A stretch of 64,000 nucleotides of DNA, taken from Candidatus Omnitrophota bacterium. Lineage in GTDB: Bacteria > Omnitrophota > Omnitrophia > Omnitrophales > Aquincolibacteriaceae. Below are positions 16,496-25,663 of this stretch, piece after piece. The notes beneath the pieces were generated by a model, which did not search any database, was not told the origin of the DNA, and was given only the letters and a program-made list of their open reading frames with translations. The position numbers were made by a program, and so were the translations under genes. Location of the stretch: assembly GCA_043732705.1 (NCBI GenBank), contig JAYTHE010000032.1:2005-66004 (forward strand), written 5' to 3'. Position 1 is the first letter of the stretch, and every line of letters begins with the position of its first letter.

Positions 16496-18985
16496 ATGAA
16501 CAGGTTTTTTTTTCAAAAACAAATCCTTTGGTTTTTGGCTTTTTCTATCGCGGTTTTGTTAGGGCTTTATTTCCGCACCTATTCATTGCATCAGATCCAA
16601 ACGCCGCCGCCCGAAAAAATGGCGGCTATTTTTGTTGAGCGCGTGCTCACCAAACAGTTTGAATCCGCTCTTGCTGCGCAAAGTCCAACGCTGTCGGGCG
16701 ATGATAAATTGAAACTGGCGCATGAGCAAGCGCAAAGAATGATTGAGTCGGATCCCGCCAATTATCAAAAAGCATTCAAGCAGGCACTCGATAGGATTAA
16801 TGAGGCCAGGCCGCATGTTTCCGACCGGCATTATTTGCTTGAAGCGGACCCCTATTACTATTTTTATCTTACTGAACAAATTATTCAAAACGGAAAAATC
16901 GCGCAAAAAATAAAAGGCGGCGAATACTTTCATACCTTGATGCATGCTCCTTATGGTTATTGGACCGCGATGACTTGGCATCCTTACCTGGGATACGGGA
17001 TCGGTCGGGTGGTGCATTTATTTTCCCCCCAAATGAATTGGATGGAAACGCTTTGCTGGGTTCCGCTTGTTTTGAGCGTTTTAGCTTGTATGAGTTTTTT
17101 CTTTTTAGCCCGGGCACTTCAAATGGAATTTTTCCAGGTTTTGATCGGCGGCTTGGCTTTGATGCTTTCGCCAATTTTTATGCAGCGCAGCGGATATGGC
17201 TGGTATGACACAGATCCTTATAACTATATATTCCCATTTTTAATTCTTGGGGTTGTTCTCACCGGACTTAGGAGCCAGAAATGGGCCGCCCGGTACGCAG
17301 TTTTAAGCGGCTTTTTAACGGGCCTTTACAGTATGTTTTGGACCGGCTGGGCATTTATGTTTTTACTTGTACCCACCGCGCTTTTGGCTGCCTATATCGC
17401 GGCGCGTTATGTTTTTCGGGTACATCCGAAGCCGTTGAGTATTTTTTTAAAGTATGGGGCGATTCACTTTGCGGCCTCAGGCTGTTTCGCGGCGCTTTTT
17501 TTGACTCCGCATGGACTTTGCAAATCTATTTCACTGGGATGGGAAATTTTGAGGAAGTTTTCTCTCTCGGACGGAGATGTTTGGCCGAACATTTTTCTTA
17601 CCGTAGGGGAAGCAAGGGGCGCCTCACTTAAAAAGCTTATTTATTTGTCCGGAAATTACATCACCTTTGGAATTGCCGTGTTCGGACTCTTGCGCTGCGG
17701 TTTAAAAGTTTACACAGAAAAAAAATCTGAAAATCTTGCCAAGTGGCTTTTTCTGTTTATTTTTTCGATTCCTTTATTTGTTTTGCCGTTTAAAACGGAG
17801 CGTTTCGCAGTGCTTTTTGTTGTGCCGCTTTGCATTTGGGTGATGTACGGGGCCTGTGAAGCGCAGGAACAGCTTAAAAATTTATTCAAAAAAATTATCG
17901 CGAATCCCACCCAGGAAGGCCTGTTAAAAAAGTTGAGTGCGGGGGTCATTATGCTTGTTTTTCTGCCCTTGCCCTTAATTACAGGCCATCTTGTTTCATT
18001 GGGAACAAAGCCGATCATGGACGACGCTTGGTTCGATACCATGCAGGAATTGCGTCAAAAAACTCCTGAAAATGCGGTCGTCAATAGTTGGTGGCCGCCG
18101 GGTTACTTTATTTCGGCTTTGGCGCACCGGCGCGTGATTGTGGACGGGGGAACGCAGCATTTACAGGAAGCTTATTGGGTCGCGCGGATTTTAGCGGCGC
18201 AAGACGAAAAAGAAGCCGGGGGTTTATTGCGGATGCTCAACCAAACAGGTAATGACGCGCTTCTTTTTCTAAAAGGATTCGGCGTTGAAATTTCAGACGC
18301 GATTGATTTAATTTCCTCCGTCGTTTCTGTTCCGCGCGAGCAGGCAATGAAACTACTTCCGCCCGACATGCCGCAGCAAGTAAAAAACCGGTTTTTGGAT
18401 TTAACGCATGGCACGGGAAAGATGCCGGCCTCTTATGTCTTGGTCTACAGTGATCTTATCGAACAAAACTTGGCGGTTACGATGATCGCACGTTGGAATT
18501 TTAAAAAAGCGCGTGAAGCAAAAACTCACCGCAGTTCAAATTATGCCCAAGATTTTATGAGTATGACGAATGGGGTTTTAAAGTACATGCCTGCGGCGGG
18601 AGTTCAAAAACAGGAGGGCAAAATCCTTTTCTTTTCAAGCGGACTGATGATTAACTTAGATTTAATGGATGCCGTTATCAGCTCGCCGCAGAAAAATATT
18701 CACGGCCGGCCGGTAAGTTTGTTTTTTATGAAAGACGGAAATTTGGAAGAAAAGGTTTTTGAAGGGCCGCGGGTCGACATGTCGGCGCTTTTGGTTCATG
18801 ATCGAGACGGAAGTTACCGGGCTGTTTTGGCTGACGCGCGTTTGATTCGTTCACTCCTGTTCCGCCTTTATTATCTTAATGGCGAGGGGCTCAGTTACTT
18901 TAAGCCCTTTTCAAGACAAAAAAATCCGCTCGATAACAATGAAGTGAGCGTTTTTGAATTTAAAAATGAAGCATTTCAATCTTAA
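16496..18985 (+). CDS. STT3/PglB/AglB-type oligosaccharyltransferase with an altered WWDYG motif
   Basis: Multi-TM N-terminal half with EADPYY, WYDTD and TVGE (TIXE-like). The soluble C-domain has SWWPPGY...DGGTQ. Confidence 0.85.
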   Translation: MNRFFFQKQILWFLAFSIAVLLGLYFRTYSLHQIQTPPPEKMAAIFVERVLTKQFESALAAQSPTLSGDDKLKLAHEQAQRMIESDPANYQKAFKQALDRINEARPHVSDRHYLLEADPYYYFYLTEQIIQNGKIAQKIKGGEYFHTLMHAPYGYWTAMTWHPYLGYGIGRVVHLFSPQMNWMETLCWVPLVLSVLACMSFFFLARALQMEFFQVLIGGLALMLSPIFMQRSGYGWYDTDPYNYIFPFLILGVVLTGLRSQKWAARYAVLSGFLTGLYSMFWTGWAFMFLLVPTALLAAYIAARYVFRVHPKPLSIFLKYGAIHFAASGCFAALFLTPHGLCKSISLGWEILRKFSLSDGDVWPNIFLTVGEARGASLKKLIYLSGNYITFGIAVFGLLRCGLKVYTEKKSENLAKWLFLFIFSIPLFVLPFKTERFAVLFVVPLCIWVMYGACEAQEQLKNLFKKIIANPTQEGLLKKLSAGVIMLVFLPLPLITGHLVSLGTKPIMDDAWFDTMQELRQKTPENAVVNSWWPPGYFISALAHRRVIVDGGTQHLQEAYWVARILAAQDEKEAGGLLRMLNQTGNDALLFLKGFGVEISDAIDLISSVVSVPREQAMKLLPPDMPQQVKNRFLDLTHGTGKMPASYVLVYSDLIEQNLAVTMIARWNFKKAREAKTHRSSNYAQDFMSMTNGVLKYMPAAGVQKQEGKILFFSSGLMINLDLMDAVISSPQKNIHGRPVSLFFMKDGNLEEKVFEGPRVDMSALLVHDRDGSYRAVLADARLIRSLLFRLYYLNGEGLSYFKPFSRQKNPLDNNEVSVFEFKNEAFQS

Positions 18986-19039
18986 GCAGCAACTCAAGTT
19001 GAGGTCTAGAAAATTCCGATGCCGGCCGATAATCTAAGC

Positions 19040-19387
19040 ATGAAAATTCAGCATTTTATTTTAGTTTTATTTCTTCTTGTTCCCGCTGTTTCTTTTGCGG
19101 CAGATGACAAAAAAGAAAACGAGTCTGTAAAAGTAAACGGCATTGTTTTTAATATCGCCAAAGACCGAAAAATTGAAAAAATCGGCGGAGTTTATGAGCC
19201 GGAAGGCATTGATAAGTATGTGGACCGGCGCATGAGCGAAATGACAGAGCGACTTCAAAGAATTGAAATCCAACTTGATGAGACTAATAAAAAGCTGGAT
19301 AAGGTTTTCACTCAGCTGGCTTCAACCGTATCTGTATCCGCACCCACTTCGGCGCCTATTCCAACGAAAGATAAAACTAAAAAATGA
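19040..19387 (+). CDS. Small exported coiled-coil protein
   Basis: Signal peptide ending SFA-AD and a coiled coil. The stop overlaps the next start. Confidence 0.65.
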   Translation: MKIQHFILVLFLLVPAVSFAADDKKENESVKVNGIVFNIAKDRKIEKIGGVYEPEGIDKYVDRRMSEMTERLQRIEIQLDETNKKLDKVFTQLASTVSVSAPTSAPIPTKDKTKK

Positions 19388-20424
19388 CGCCTGGTTTGAT
19401 TTCTGCGATTGTACTTAACTGGAACGGCAAAGATGTTATCGTTGCCTGTCTCGAAAGCCTTCTCGCTCAAACGTATTTATCCAAAGAAATTATTATTGTG
19501 GACAACGGTTCGGTGGACGGGTCGCTTGAGATGATTCGCTCGCGCTACGCGGGCAGGATCCAATTAATCGAAAACGGAAATAATCTTGGATTCGCAGAAG
19601 GTTGTAATGTCGGGATCCGTGCCGCGCAGGGTGAATTTATCGCGCTTGTGAACAGCGACTCCGTTTTGAGTCCTAACTGGATGGTTGAAATGGAGAAGGG
19701 GATTCAGCTTTCTCCCAAAATCGGAATGTGCGCCTGTAAAATTTATTTTTTAAAATATAAAGGCGTGATTGAAAATATGGGGCAAACCATTTCTCGGGAT
19801 GGTTTCGGGCGCACGCGCGGCAGGCTTGAAAAAGATACGGGACAATATGATAAAAGGCGTGCTGTTTTTTGCCCGAGCGGATGCGCTGCGCTTTATCGCA
19901 GAAAAATGCTGGATAAATGCGGGCTTTTTGACGAGAAATTTTTTGCTTACGCAGATGATATTGATATCGGTTTACGCGGCCGCCTCATGGGTTATGTATG
20001 TCACTGTATTTCCACCGCTGTTGCTTATCACCATCTCTCGGCATCTTTTGGTTTGCTTTCTCCGCTCAAAGCTTTTTTACTGGAGCGTAACAGGCTTTGG
20101 GTGGTCATTAAGTGTTATCCGCTACCGCATTTGCTGGCATCGCCTTTTCATACCCTGATGCGTTATTGGTACCACTTTATCGGGATTTTTCAAAAAAGGG
20201 GCCCGGCCGCGCAATATGTGAAGAAAATTTCTGTTTTTAGTTTGGCTTGGATCATGGTTAAGGTTTATCTTTCCACGCTTTATCACTTACCGCATCTCCT
20301 AAAAGAAAGACGCGAAATTCAAAAGAAAAGAAAAGCGACTACGCGCCAATTTGAACTATGGATGAAGTATTACGGTGTGAACTCCAAAGATACCGCTTTA
20401 AATGAACTTTCATTTCCGGAGTAG
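19384..20424 (+). CDS. GT2 family glycosyltransferase
   Basis: VLNWNG, VDNGSVDG, NLGFAEGCN, NSD and FFAYADDID. Confidence 0.9.
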   Translation: MTPGLISAIVLNWNGKDVIVACLESLLAQTYLSKEIIIVDNGSVDGSLEMIRSRYAGRIQLIENGNNLGFAEGCNVGIRAAQGEFIALVNSDSVLSPNWMVEMEKGIQLSPKIGMCACKIYFLKYKGVIENMGQTISRDGFGRTRGRLEKDTGQYDKRRAVFCPSGCAALYRRKMLDKCGLFDEKFFAYADDIDIGLRGRLMGYVCHCISTAVAYHHLSASFGLLSPLKAFLLERNRLWVVIKCYPLPHLLASPFHTLMRYWYHFIGIFQKRGPAAQYVKKISVFSLAWIMVKVYLSTLYHLPHLLKERREIQKKRKATTRQFELWMKYYGVNSKDTALNELSFPE

Positions 20425-20426
20425 AG

Positions 20427-21425
20427 ATGAGCTCAATTAAAAACCAAAAAGGAAGCTTGCTGATTTTGGTTTTGTTCGCTTTGACAGTATTAAGCCTTTT
20501 AGCTTTCTCCGTCGGATATACGGTGCGTCAGAAGCTTCTTGTTGTTTCACGGCTCGAAGCTCGTGAAAATTTAAGGTTGGCAGCAGGCGCGGCTGTTCAA
20601 CAAGCCTCAACTGTACTTGCTGAAAATGGCGGGGGCTCGTATCAGTCACTTAATCAATTTTGGTCAAGTAACGAGACTCTCTGGAAAAAAGCAAAGATTG
20701 GAAATGTTGAATATTCGATTATGGCTCAGGGCGCCCCTGACGGCCCTGAATCGGTTTATGGATTAACGGATGAAGACCGCAAGATAAACCTGAATACTGC
20801 CGAGCCCGATCATTTGCAGGCGCTTTTTGAAAGTGTTGCGAGTGTTGAAAAGGAACAGGCACGGCGGATTGTAGCCGCGATCAAGGATTGGAAAGATGAG
20901 GATGATGATTTAAATGACGGCGGCGCGGAAAGCAAGGATTACTTGAGACGCAATCCTGCTTATGACGCTAAAAATGAAATTTTTAATGATTTGCAAGAGT
21001 TGCTTTGGGTGCAGGGAATGACCCCGGAAATTTTTTCAAAAGTAAAACCCTATCTCACCTTGGACGCAGCAAAAGTGAATGTCAATACAGCTTCCCAAGA
21101 AGTTTTAACCGCCATGGGGCTTAATTCAAATATTGCTTCAAAAATAATTTCTTTTCGAAAAGGTAAAGACGGTCAGGAGAGCACCGCGGATGACGGTGTA
21201 TTTAAAGATTTGAATGAAATTTCCGAAGTGCTTGGTCGCTATATTTATTTGAACGAGGCGGACACGCAAAGTTTGAATTTAATCTTTTCCAAGGGTTTTT
21301 CCGTGAATTCCACTTTTTATAACGCCGAAGTGGATGCGCAAGTGAATCAGCGTCAAAAAATCAAAGTGAATGCCGTATTAGACGGCGAGGGAAAGGTTCA
21401 GCGATGGCACGAAGAGTTTTTTTAA
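20427..21425 (+). CDS. gspK: Minor pseudopilin GspK
   Basis: KGSLLILVL N-terminus (no Glu5), DEDRKINLN, DWKDEDD, GAES..Y and VNVNTA. Confidence 0.88.
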   Translation: MSSIKNQKGSLLILVLFALTVLSLLAFSVGYTVRQKLLVVSRLEARENLRLAAGAAVQQASTVLAENGGGSYQSLNQFWSSNETLWKKAKIGNVEYSIMAQGAPDGPESVYGLTDEDRKINLNTAEPDHLQALFESVASVEKEQARRIVAAIKDWKDEDDDLNDGGAESKDYLRRNPAYDAKNEIFNDLQELLWVQGMTPEIFSKVKPYLTLDAAKVNVNTASQEVLTAMGLNSNIASKIISFRKGKDGQESTADDGVFKDLNEISEVLGRYIYLNEADTQSLNLIFSKGFSVNSTFYNAEVDAQVNQRQKIKVNAVLDGEGKVQRWHEEFF

Positions 21426-22558
21426 TAGCCGGATTTTGGGCAGTTGCTGGTTTGTCCGTTTTTGCGGCGCCGCAGGCCGCGCAGGAAACCGGGGATGTAC
21501 TCGAAGAGCTGAAGCTTTTCGCAAAGGCGATGGGGGCGATTCATGAAGCCTATGTCGGGGAAACGAAGGCTCGCACGTTGACTTATGAAGCTATACGCGG
21601 GATGCTTGCGGGCCTGGGGGATAAATACGCCCAATTTTTTGATCCTTCGATGTATGAATTGCTGCAAATGAGTATTCGCGGAGAATATGCCGGGATTGGA
21701 GTGATTCTCCAAATCGTAGATCATTACCCTCAGGTGATGTCGCTTCGCCCGGATGGGGCCGCTATCAAGGCCGGTGTTCAAGCCGGCGATCGGATTTTGA
21801 AAATCGACGGTGTTTCAATTGAAAACAAAGAGCTGCCGGAAGTTGCCCAGCTTTTACGGGGGGAAGCTCGTTCGGATGTTAAATTGTCACTTGCGCGTCC
21901 ATCTGTTAAGCAAGTCGTGGAACTGATCATCAAGCGCGAAAGAATCGAAATTGAATCGGTCAAGGAAACCCGGATTATTTCTCAGGGAGTAGCGTATATA
22001 TCAATTGTTAACTTTCAGGAGAACACTAGCGAGCAAGTGAATCAAGCATTGAGAAAACTTGACAAACAAGGTCTAAAAGCGTTGATTATAGACTTGCGTG
22101 ACAATGGCGGCGGCCTTTTGGAGCAGGCAGTTGATTTAGCTGGGCTTTTTCTTCCCAAAGATAAAAAAGTAGTCAGCGTAACGAGTAAAATCGAAGTGCA
22201 GCAAAAAGAGCATATGACATCCGGGAAGTACGCGACGCGCAAAGAACCCATTGTAATTTTAGTGAATCAAAAATCAGCCAGCGCTTCTGAAATATTTTCG
22301 GCCTGTATGCAGGATTACCGCAGGGCAACGATTATTGGTACGCAAACTTTTGGTAAGGCTTCCGTTCAGTCTGTTGTTCCTCTAGATGAAAAAACGGCGA
22401 TGAAGTTTACAACCGCGCGTTACTTAAGCCCGTTGGGCCGCAAAATTGACGGAATCGGTATTAAGCCCGATGAAGTGGTGGAAAAAAACGAATCAGATAA
22501 ATTGGATTTACAGATTGTGCGCGCTTTAAGTTTTTTGGGTGAACGAGTTAAAAAATAG
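21404..22558 (+). CDS. S41A carboxy-terminal processing protease (CtpA-like)
   Basis: PDZ domain, DLRDNGGG, SASASE (catalytic Ser) and GKASVQ (catalytic Lys). Confidence 0.92.
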   Translation: MARRVFLIAGFWAVAGLSVFAAPQAAQETGDVLEELKLFAKAMGAIHEAYVGETKARTLTYEAIRGMLAGLGDKYAQFFDPSMYELLQMSIRGEYAGIGVILQIVDHYPQVMSLRPDGAAIKAGVQAGDRILKIDGVSIENKELPEVAQLLRGEARSDVKLSLARPSVKQVVELIIKRERIEIESVKETRIISQGVAYISIVNFQENTSEQVNQALRKLDKQGLKALIIDLRDNGGGLLEQAVDLAGLFLPKDKKVVSVTSKIEVQQKEHMTSGKYATRKEPIVILVNQKSASASEIFSACMQDYRRATIIGTQTFGKASVQSVVPLDEKTAMKFTTARYLSPLGRKIDGIGIKPDEVVEKNESDKLDLQIVRALSFLGERVKK

Positions 22559-22579
22559 GCTACAACAAAAGGAAATAAA

Positions 22580-23065
22580 GTGAAAAAAAATCAAGCCCTG
22601 ATCGGGTTGCTGGCAGTTCTTATTATTGGACAATTTGGATTTGAGTGGGGAACTCAATCCGCAAAAAATAAGAGCGCGCCTCCGGCCGCAGCTGCGGCAT
22701 CAATGCCCACGACAAAGGGCGGCAACTTGCCTTTCCCGCAAATGATGGGTGCGTTGACACAAAATATGACGCTTTGGCCGGCACTCACGCAGGATAATAA
22801 GATGCATGCCGTTGAAGCCGCAGTTTTAATTTTTCGCGACCGTCAAAATTCAGCAATTTTAAGGCCTGCTGAATTTTATGCAACTCAGATTGACCAGGCG
22901 CTGCATGCTAATCCAACCTTACAGCAAACCGATCTCATCTCCATGGTGAAGATGATGGCGGTTATGCAATATGATTTTTATAACGGGCAGGATAAAGATA
23001 AGCTCGCCAAAGAAGTTTTGGGCGAAGCTATGTACGAAAGCATTCGCGCTCATCGCCCCAAATAA
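22580..23065 (+). CDS. Hypothetical exported protein
   Basis: AAGGA RBS, GTG start and an N-terminal hydrophobic segment. Confidence 0.65.
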   Translation: MKKNQALIGLLAVLIIGQFGFEWGTQSAKNKSAPPAAAAASMPTTKGGNLPFPQMMGALTQNMTLWPALTQDNKMHAVEAAVLIFRDRQNSAILRPAEFYATQIDQALHANPTLQQTDLISMVKMMAVMQYDFYNGQDKDKLAKEVLGEAMYESIRAHRPK

Positions 23066-23078
23066 ATAAGATCAACTT

Positions 23079-23112
23079 AAAAAGCCGGCTGCTCGAGCAG
23101 TCGGCTTTTTTT
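23079..23112. terminator. Bidirectional intrinsic terminator
   Basis: aaaaagccggctgc-tcga-gcagtcggcttttttt between convergent genes. Confidence 0.8.
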
Positions 23113-24571
23113 ATTTCAATTGAGGACAAGAATCGACTTTTGAAGCGGGCATCACCATTTGTCCATAAACTTCGAAAGTAAAGACCAGTGCTAGTCCACC
23201 CGCGTGCAAAAGCAGACGTTGTAAGGCTGTTTGAATTTGCCAAACGATTTCATGCGGAGATGTGTGCAAAACAACAAAATATCCAAACAAAATAAGCCAA
23301 GCTAACTGTGCCGATGTACCGCAGTTATTTCTTCTTAGTTTGGGCATGGCAGCATAAAAGAGGCAAGCTGATACAAATAAAGTCCAAAGGTAATTCCAAT
23401 TAGATTTTTCTGTCATGTAGCTTTTGAAGCCAAAGAGAATAATTTTTGTTTTTGACCAATCTAAGATTGAATGCAAATAAGTTCCTGCGCCACGCCCCGA
23501 ACCCAGGTAGTCACCGCTTTCAGCCAATGTAGTTTTAAGCACGAGAACGGCAAGAAGGGGAAGTAGAATTCCGAGGCTTAAATTGATCAAGCAGCTGCGC
23601 CAGCTTGGAATCTTCTTGATGTTTTTTAAAAAAAATAAACCCGCGGTGAATCCAGTCCAGCCGACAAAAAAAAGCCCTTCATTTTTTGTCCAGGCAGAGC
23701 AACCCGTCAACCAGCCCGCTAAGAAGAAAAGGCCTGTGTTTTTTGAACGGAAGGCTTCGAGTAAAAGTAACCCCGATGCTGTAAAAAAAAATAATAAAGG
23801 TACGTCGGCATACTGGCTAACGCCCCAAAATGAAAAAGCGCCAACTGTCATAAAGAAAGAAGAGCCCAATAGTCCGCTCAAAGGATGGATGGTGGCGCCG
23901 AGATACCAGGCTATTAAAAAAAGCGTCGAAAAAAGAAAAACGAATGCGACGACGGAGGGCCATATCTGCATTTCGCTGCCTGCCCAATTCCAGCCCCAGG
24001 CGACGGCTCCCGGTAAAAGCAGGGGGTAGTCAGGGTGGGTCCAGCTCAGAGAAGCGGAAAACATATTTTTCCATTCTTCGGGTGCACGAAAAAAGAAGCT
24101 GGCTTTAACATTCCAAAAAAATCGAGCGTCCCATCCGCCAAAAACATTGTTGATGGAAACCGATTGTAATAAAGTTGTGAATTTTAAAAAAATAAAAAGC
24201 CATAAGCTTAAAAAAATAATCCAAAGATTTTTTTGTGCTTTTGAGGCGGCCCGCCAGCTGAGCGACAAGGATTCGTACCATGATTTTTTCAAGCCGGAAT
24301 TATTTGTGATATTGAATGACGGCGACAGTGTCAACTTCATTATAAAAAAAGCCATGAGCGCCAATGCTGCAAGAGTTGAGAAAAAAGGGCCTTGATTGGC
24401 TTTAAGAAAATAGGATCCGAAAATGAGTAAGGAACAGATTGAGAGTCCTACCGGAAAAGAGAGCGCAAGAACGAAGAAGGGGTAAAAACGAAGATTAGCG
24501 TCTCGAGTTATATTTAAAATAAAAAGAGCGCCCAAAGCACCGGCAAATAAAAGCGGAAAGATGAAGGGCAT
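23111..24571 (-). CDS. GT-C fold (ArnT/PMT-like) membrane glycosyltransferase
   Basis: Many TM helices with WD..FFW, HPDYP, QYAD and WTKNEG. Confidence 0.75.
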   Translation of the reverse strand: MPFIFPLLFAGALGALFILNITRDANLRFYPFFVLALSFPVGLSICSLLIFGSYFLKANQGPFFSTLAALALMAFFIMKLTLSPSFNITNNSGLKKSWYESLSLSWRAASKAQKNLWIIFLSLWLFIFLKFTTLLQSVSINNVFGGWDARFFWNVKASFFFRAPEEWKNMFSASLSWTHPDYPLLLPGAVAWGWNWAGSEMQIWPSVVAFVFLFSTLFLIAWYLGATIHPLSGLLGSSFFMTVGAFSFWGVSQYADVPLLFFFTASGLLLLEAFRSKNTGLFFLAGWLTGCSAWTKNEGLFFVGWTGFTAGLFFLKNIKKIPSWRSCLINLSLGILLPLLAVLVLKTTLAESGDYLGSGRGAGTYLHSILDWSKTKIILFGFKSYMTEKSNWNYLWTLFVSACLFYAAMPKLRRNNCGTSAQLAWLILFGYFVVLHTSPHEIVWQIQTALQRLLLHAGGLALVFTFEVYGQMVMPASKVDSCPQLK

Positions 24572-24572
24572 A

Positions 24573-25007
24573 TTATTTTTTCACCGCGATGCCTTTGCCT
24601 TCAGCGAGCGGCAGAAGAATGCGGTAGCCTGTTTCATCCATGCGCTTTTGAGCTACGAGTGTATTTGAGCAATAAATGATTGCAGCTCTTTGATCAGGCT
24701 CATGGCTGAGTATGGTTGGCGCAAGATAGCTTTGAGCTGTGTAAAGCCAGCTGATATTCGGCGCATAGGGTGTGAATGGAATGTCCGTAATGAAGCTTAC
24801 TTTTTCACGAGGCGGTAAAAAGGGTTTAAAAATTGAAAAAGGGGATCCAAAAGGAATAAAAGGTGTTTTGCCAAATAAAAGTTCAGCGAAAACCGCTCTA
24901 GGATACGAGGGGGGCACGGGTAACTGAGAGAAGACAGTCAAACAGATGATGACTCCGTGAAAAAGAAGTCCAAGTGTTGAGATTTTAGTCAAAGAAGTAT
25001 TTTTCAT
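24573..25007 (-). CDS. Hypothetical membrane-anchored protein
   Basis: N-terminal TM. Its stop lies 1 nt before the GT-C start. The start position is uncertain. Confidence 0.55.
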   Translation of the reverse strand: MKNTSLTKISTLGLLFHGVIICLTVFSQLPVPPSYPRAVFAELLFGKTPFIPFGSPFSIFKPFLPPREKVSFITDIPFTPYAPNISWLYTAQSYLAPTILSHEPDQRAAIIYCSNTLVAQKRMDETGYRILLPLAEGKGIAVKK

Positions 25008-25118
25008 CAAGCCAATCTGGATATTGCAGTCAGAGCTTTTTTTAGCTACACTAGTCAAGTCATCATAGGCAGTTTTTTGAAAAGATCAATTAAAATTAGG
25101 AATGCGAAGGAGAATAAA

Positions 25119-25496
25119 ATGAAATTCAACGCGGCGATTCTGATGGTATTGTTTCTTGCATTGTCCGGCTTTACTTGGGGTTCTTCGGACGATGAAAAAA
25201 AAGTGAGCAATGATCCTTATAGCTCGACTTCCTCAACGTCAGCAAAAAAGACAACTAAAAAAATGAAGAAGAATTACGCGTCTTCGATGTCGTCAAATAC
25301 TTCGCAATCAACTTATACACCGGCTGCTGCACCGGCCGCGTCTGGGGATCAGCGCGCGAATGCGATCCGTATTTTGACTGCCGGGGATGAAGCGACTCGC
25401 AAGGCCCGCATGGATAGTCTCACGAGATTGGCTAAATCTCTTTCTGCAGCAAAGCAGGCACAAGCTTCTCAGAACTCCAATAGTAGTTCTTATTAA
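25119..25496 (+). CDS. Ser/Ala-rich exported protein
   Basis: AAGGAG RBS, signal peptide and low-complexity body. Confidence 0.7.
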   Translation: MKFNAAILMVLFLALSGFTWGSSDDEKKVSNDPYSSTSSTSAKKTTKKMKKNYASSMSSNTSQSTYTPAAAPAASGDQRANAIRILTAGDEATRKARMDSLTRLAKSLSAAKQAQASQNSNSSSY

Positions 25497-25522
25497 TATT
25501 AGCTCGCGCTATTTCCATAGTT

Positions 25523-25553
25523 AAAAGGGAGGCTGAAAAGCCTCCCTTTTTTT
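25523..25553 (+). terminator. Intrinsic terminator
   Basis: aaaagggaggct-gaaa-agcctcccttttttt. Confidence 0.85.
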
Positions 25554-25663
25554 GTGAGCGGATAAGCAGATTTCCAAATCAAGAACCGCTGTAAACAGCC
25601 GAAAATACAAAGCGTTCGCCTCTCTTTAAAATAATTAAATTGGATGGAAAAGGTACGTCTTTG

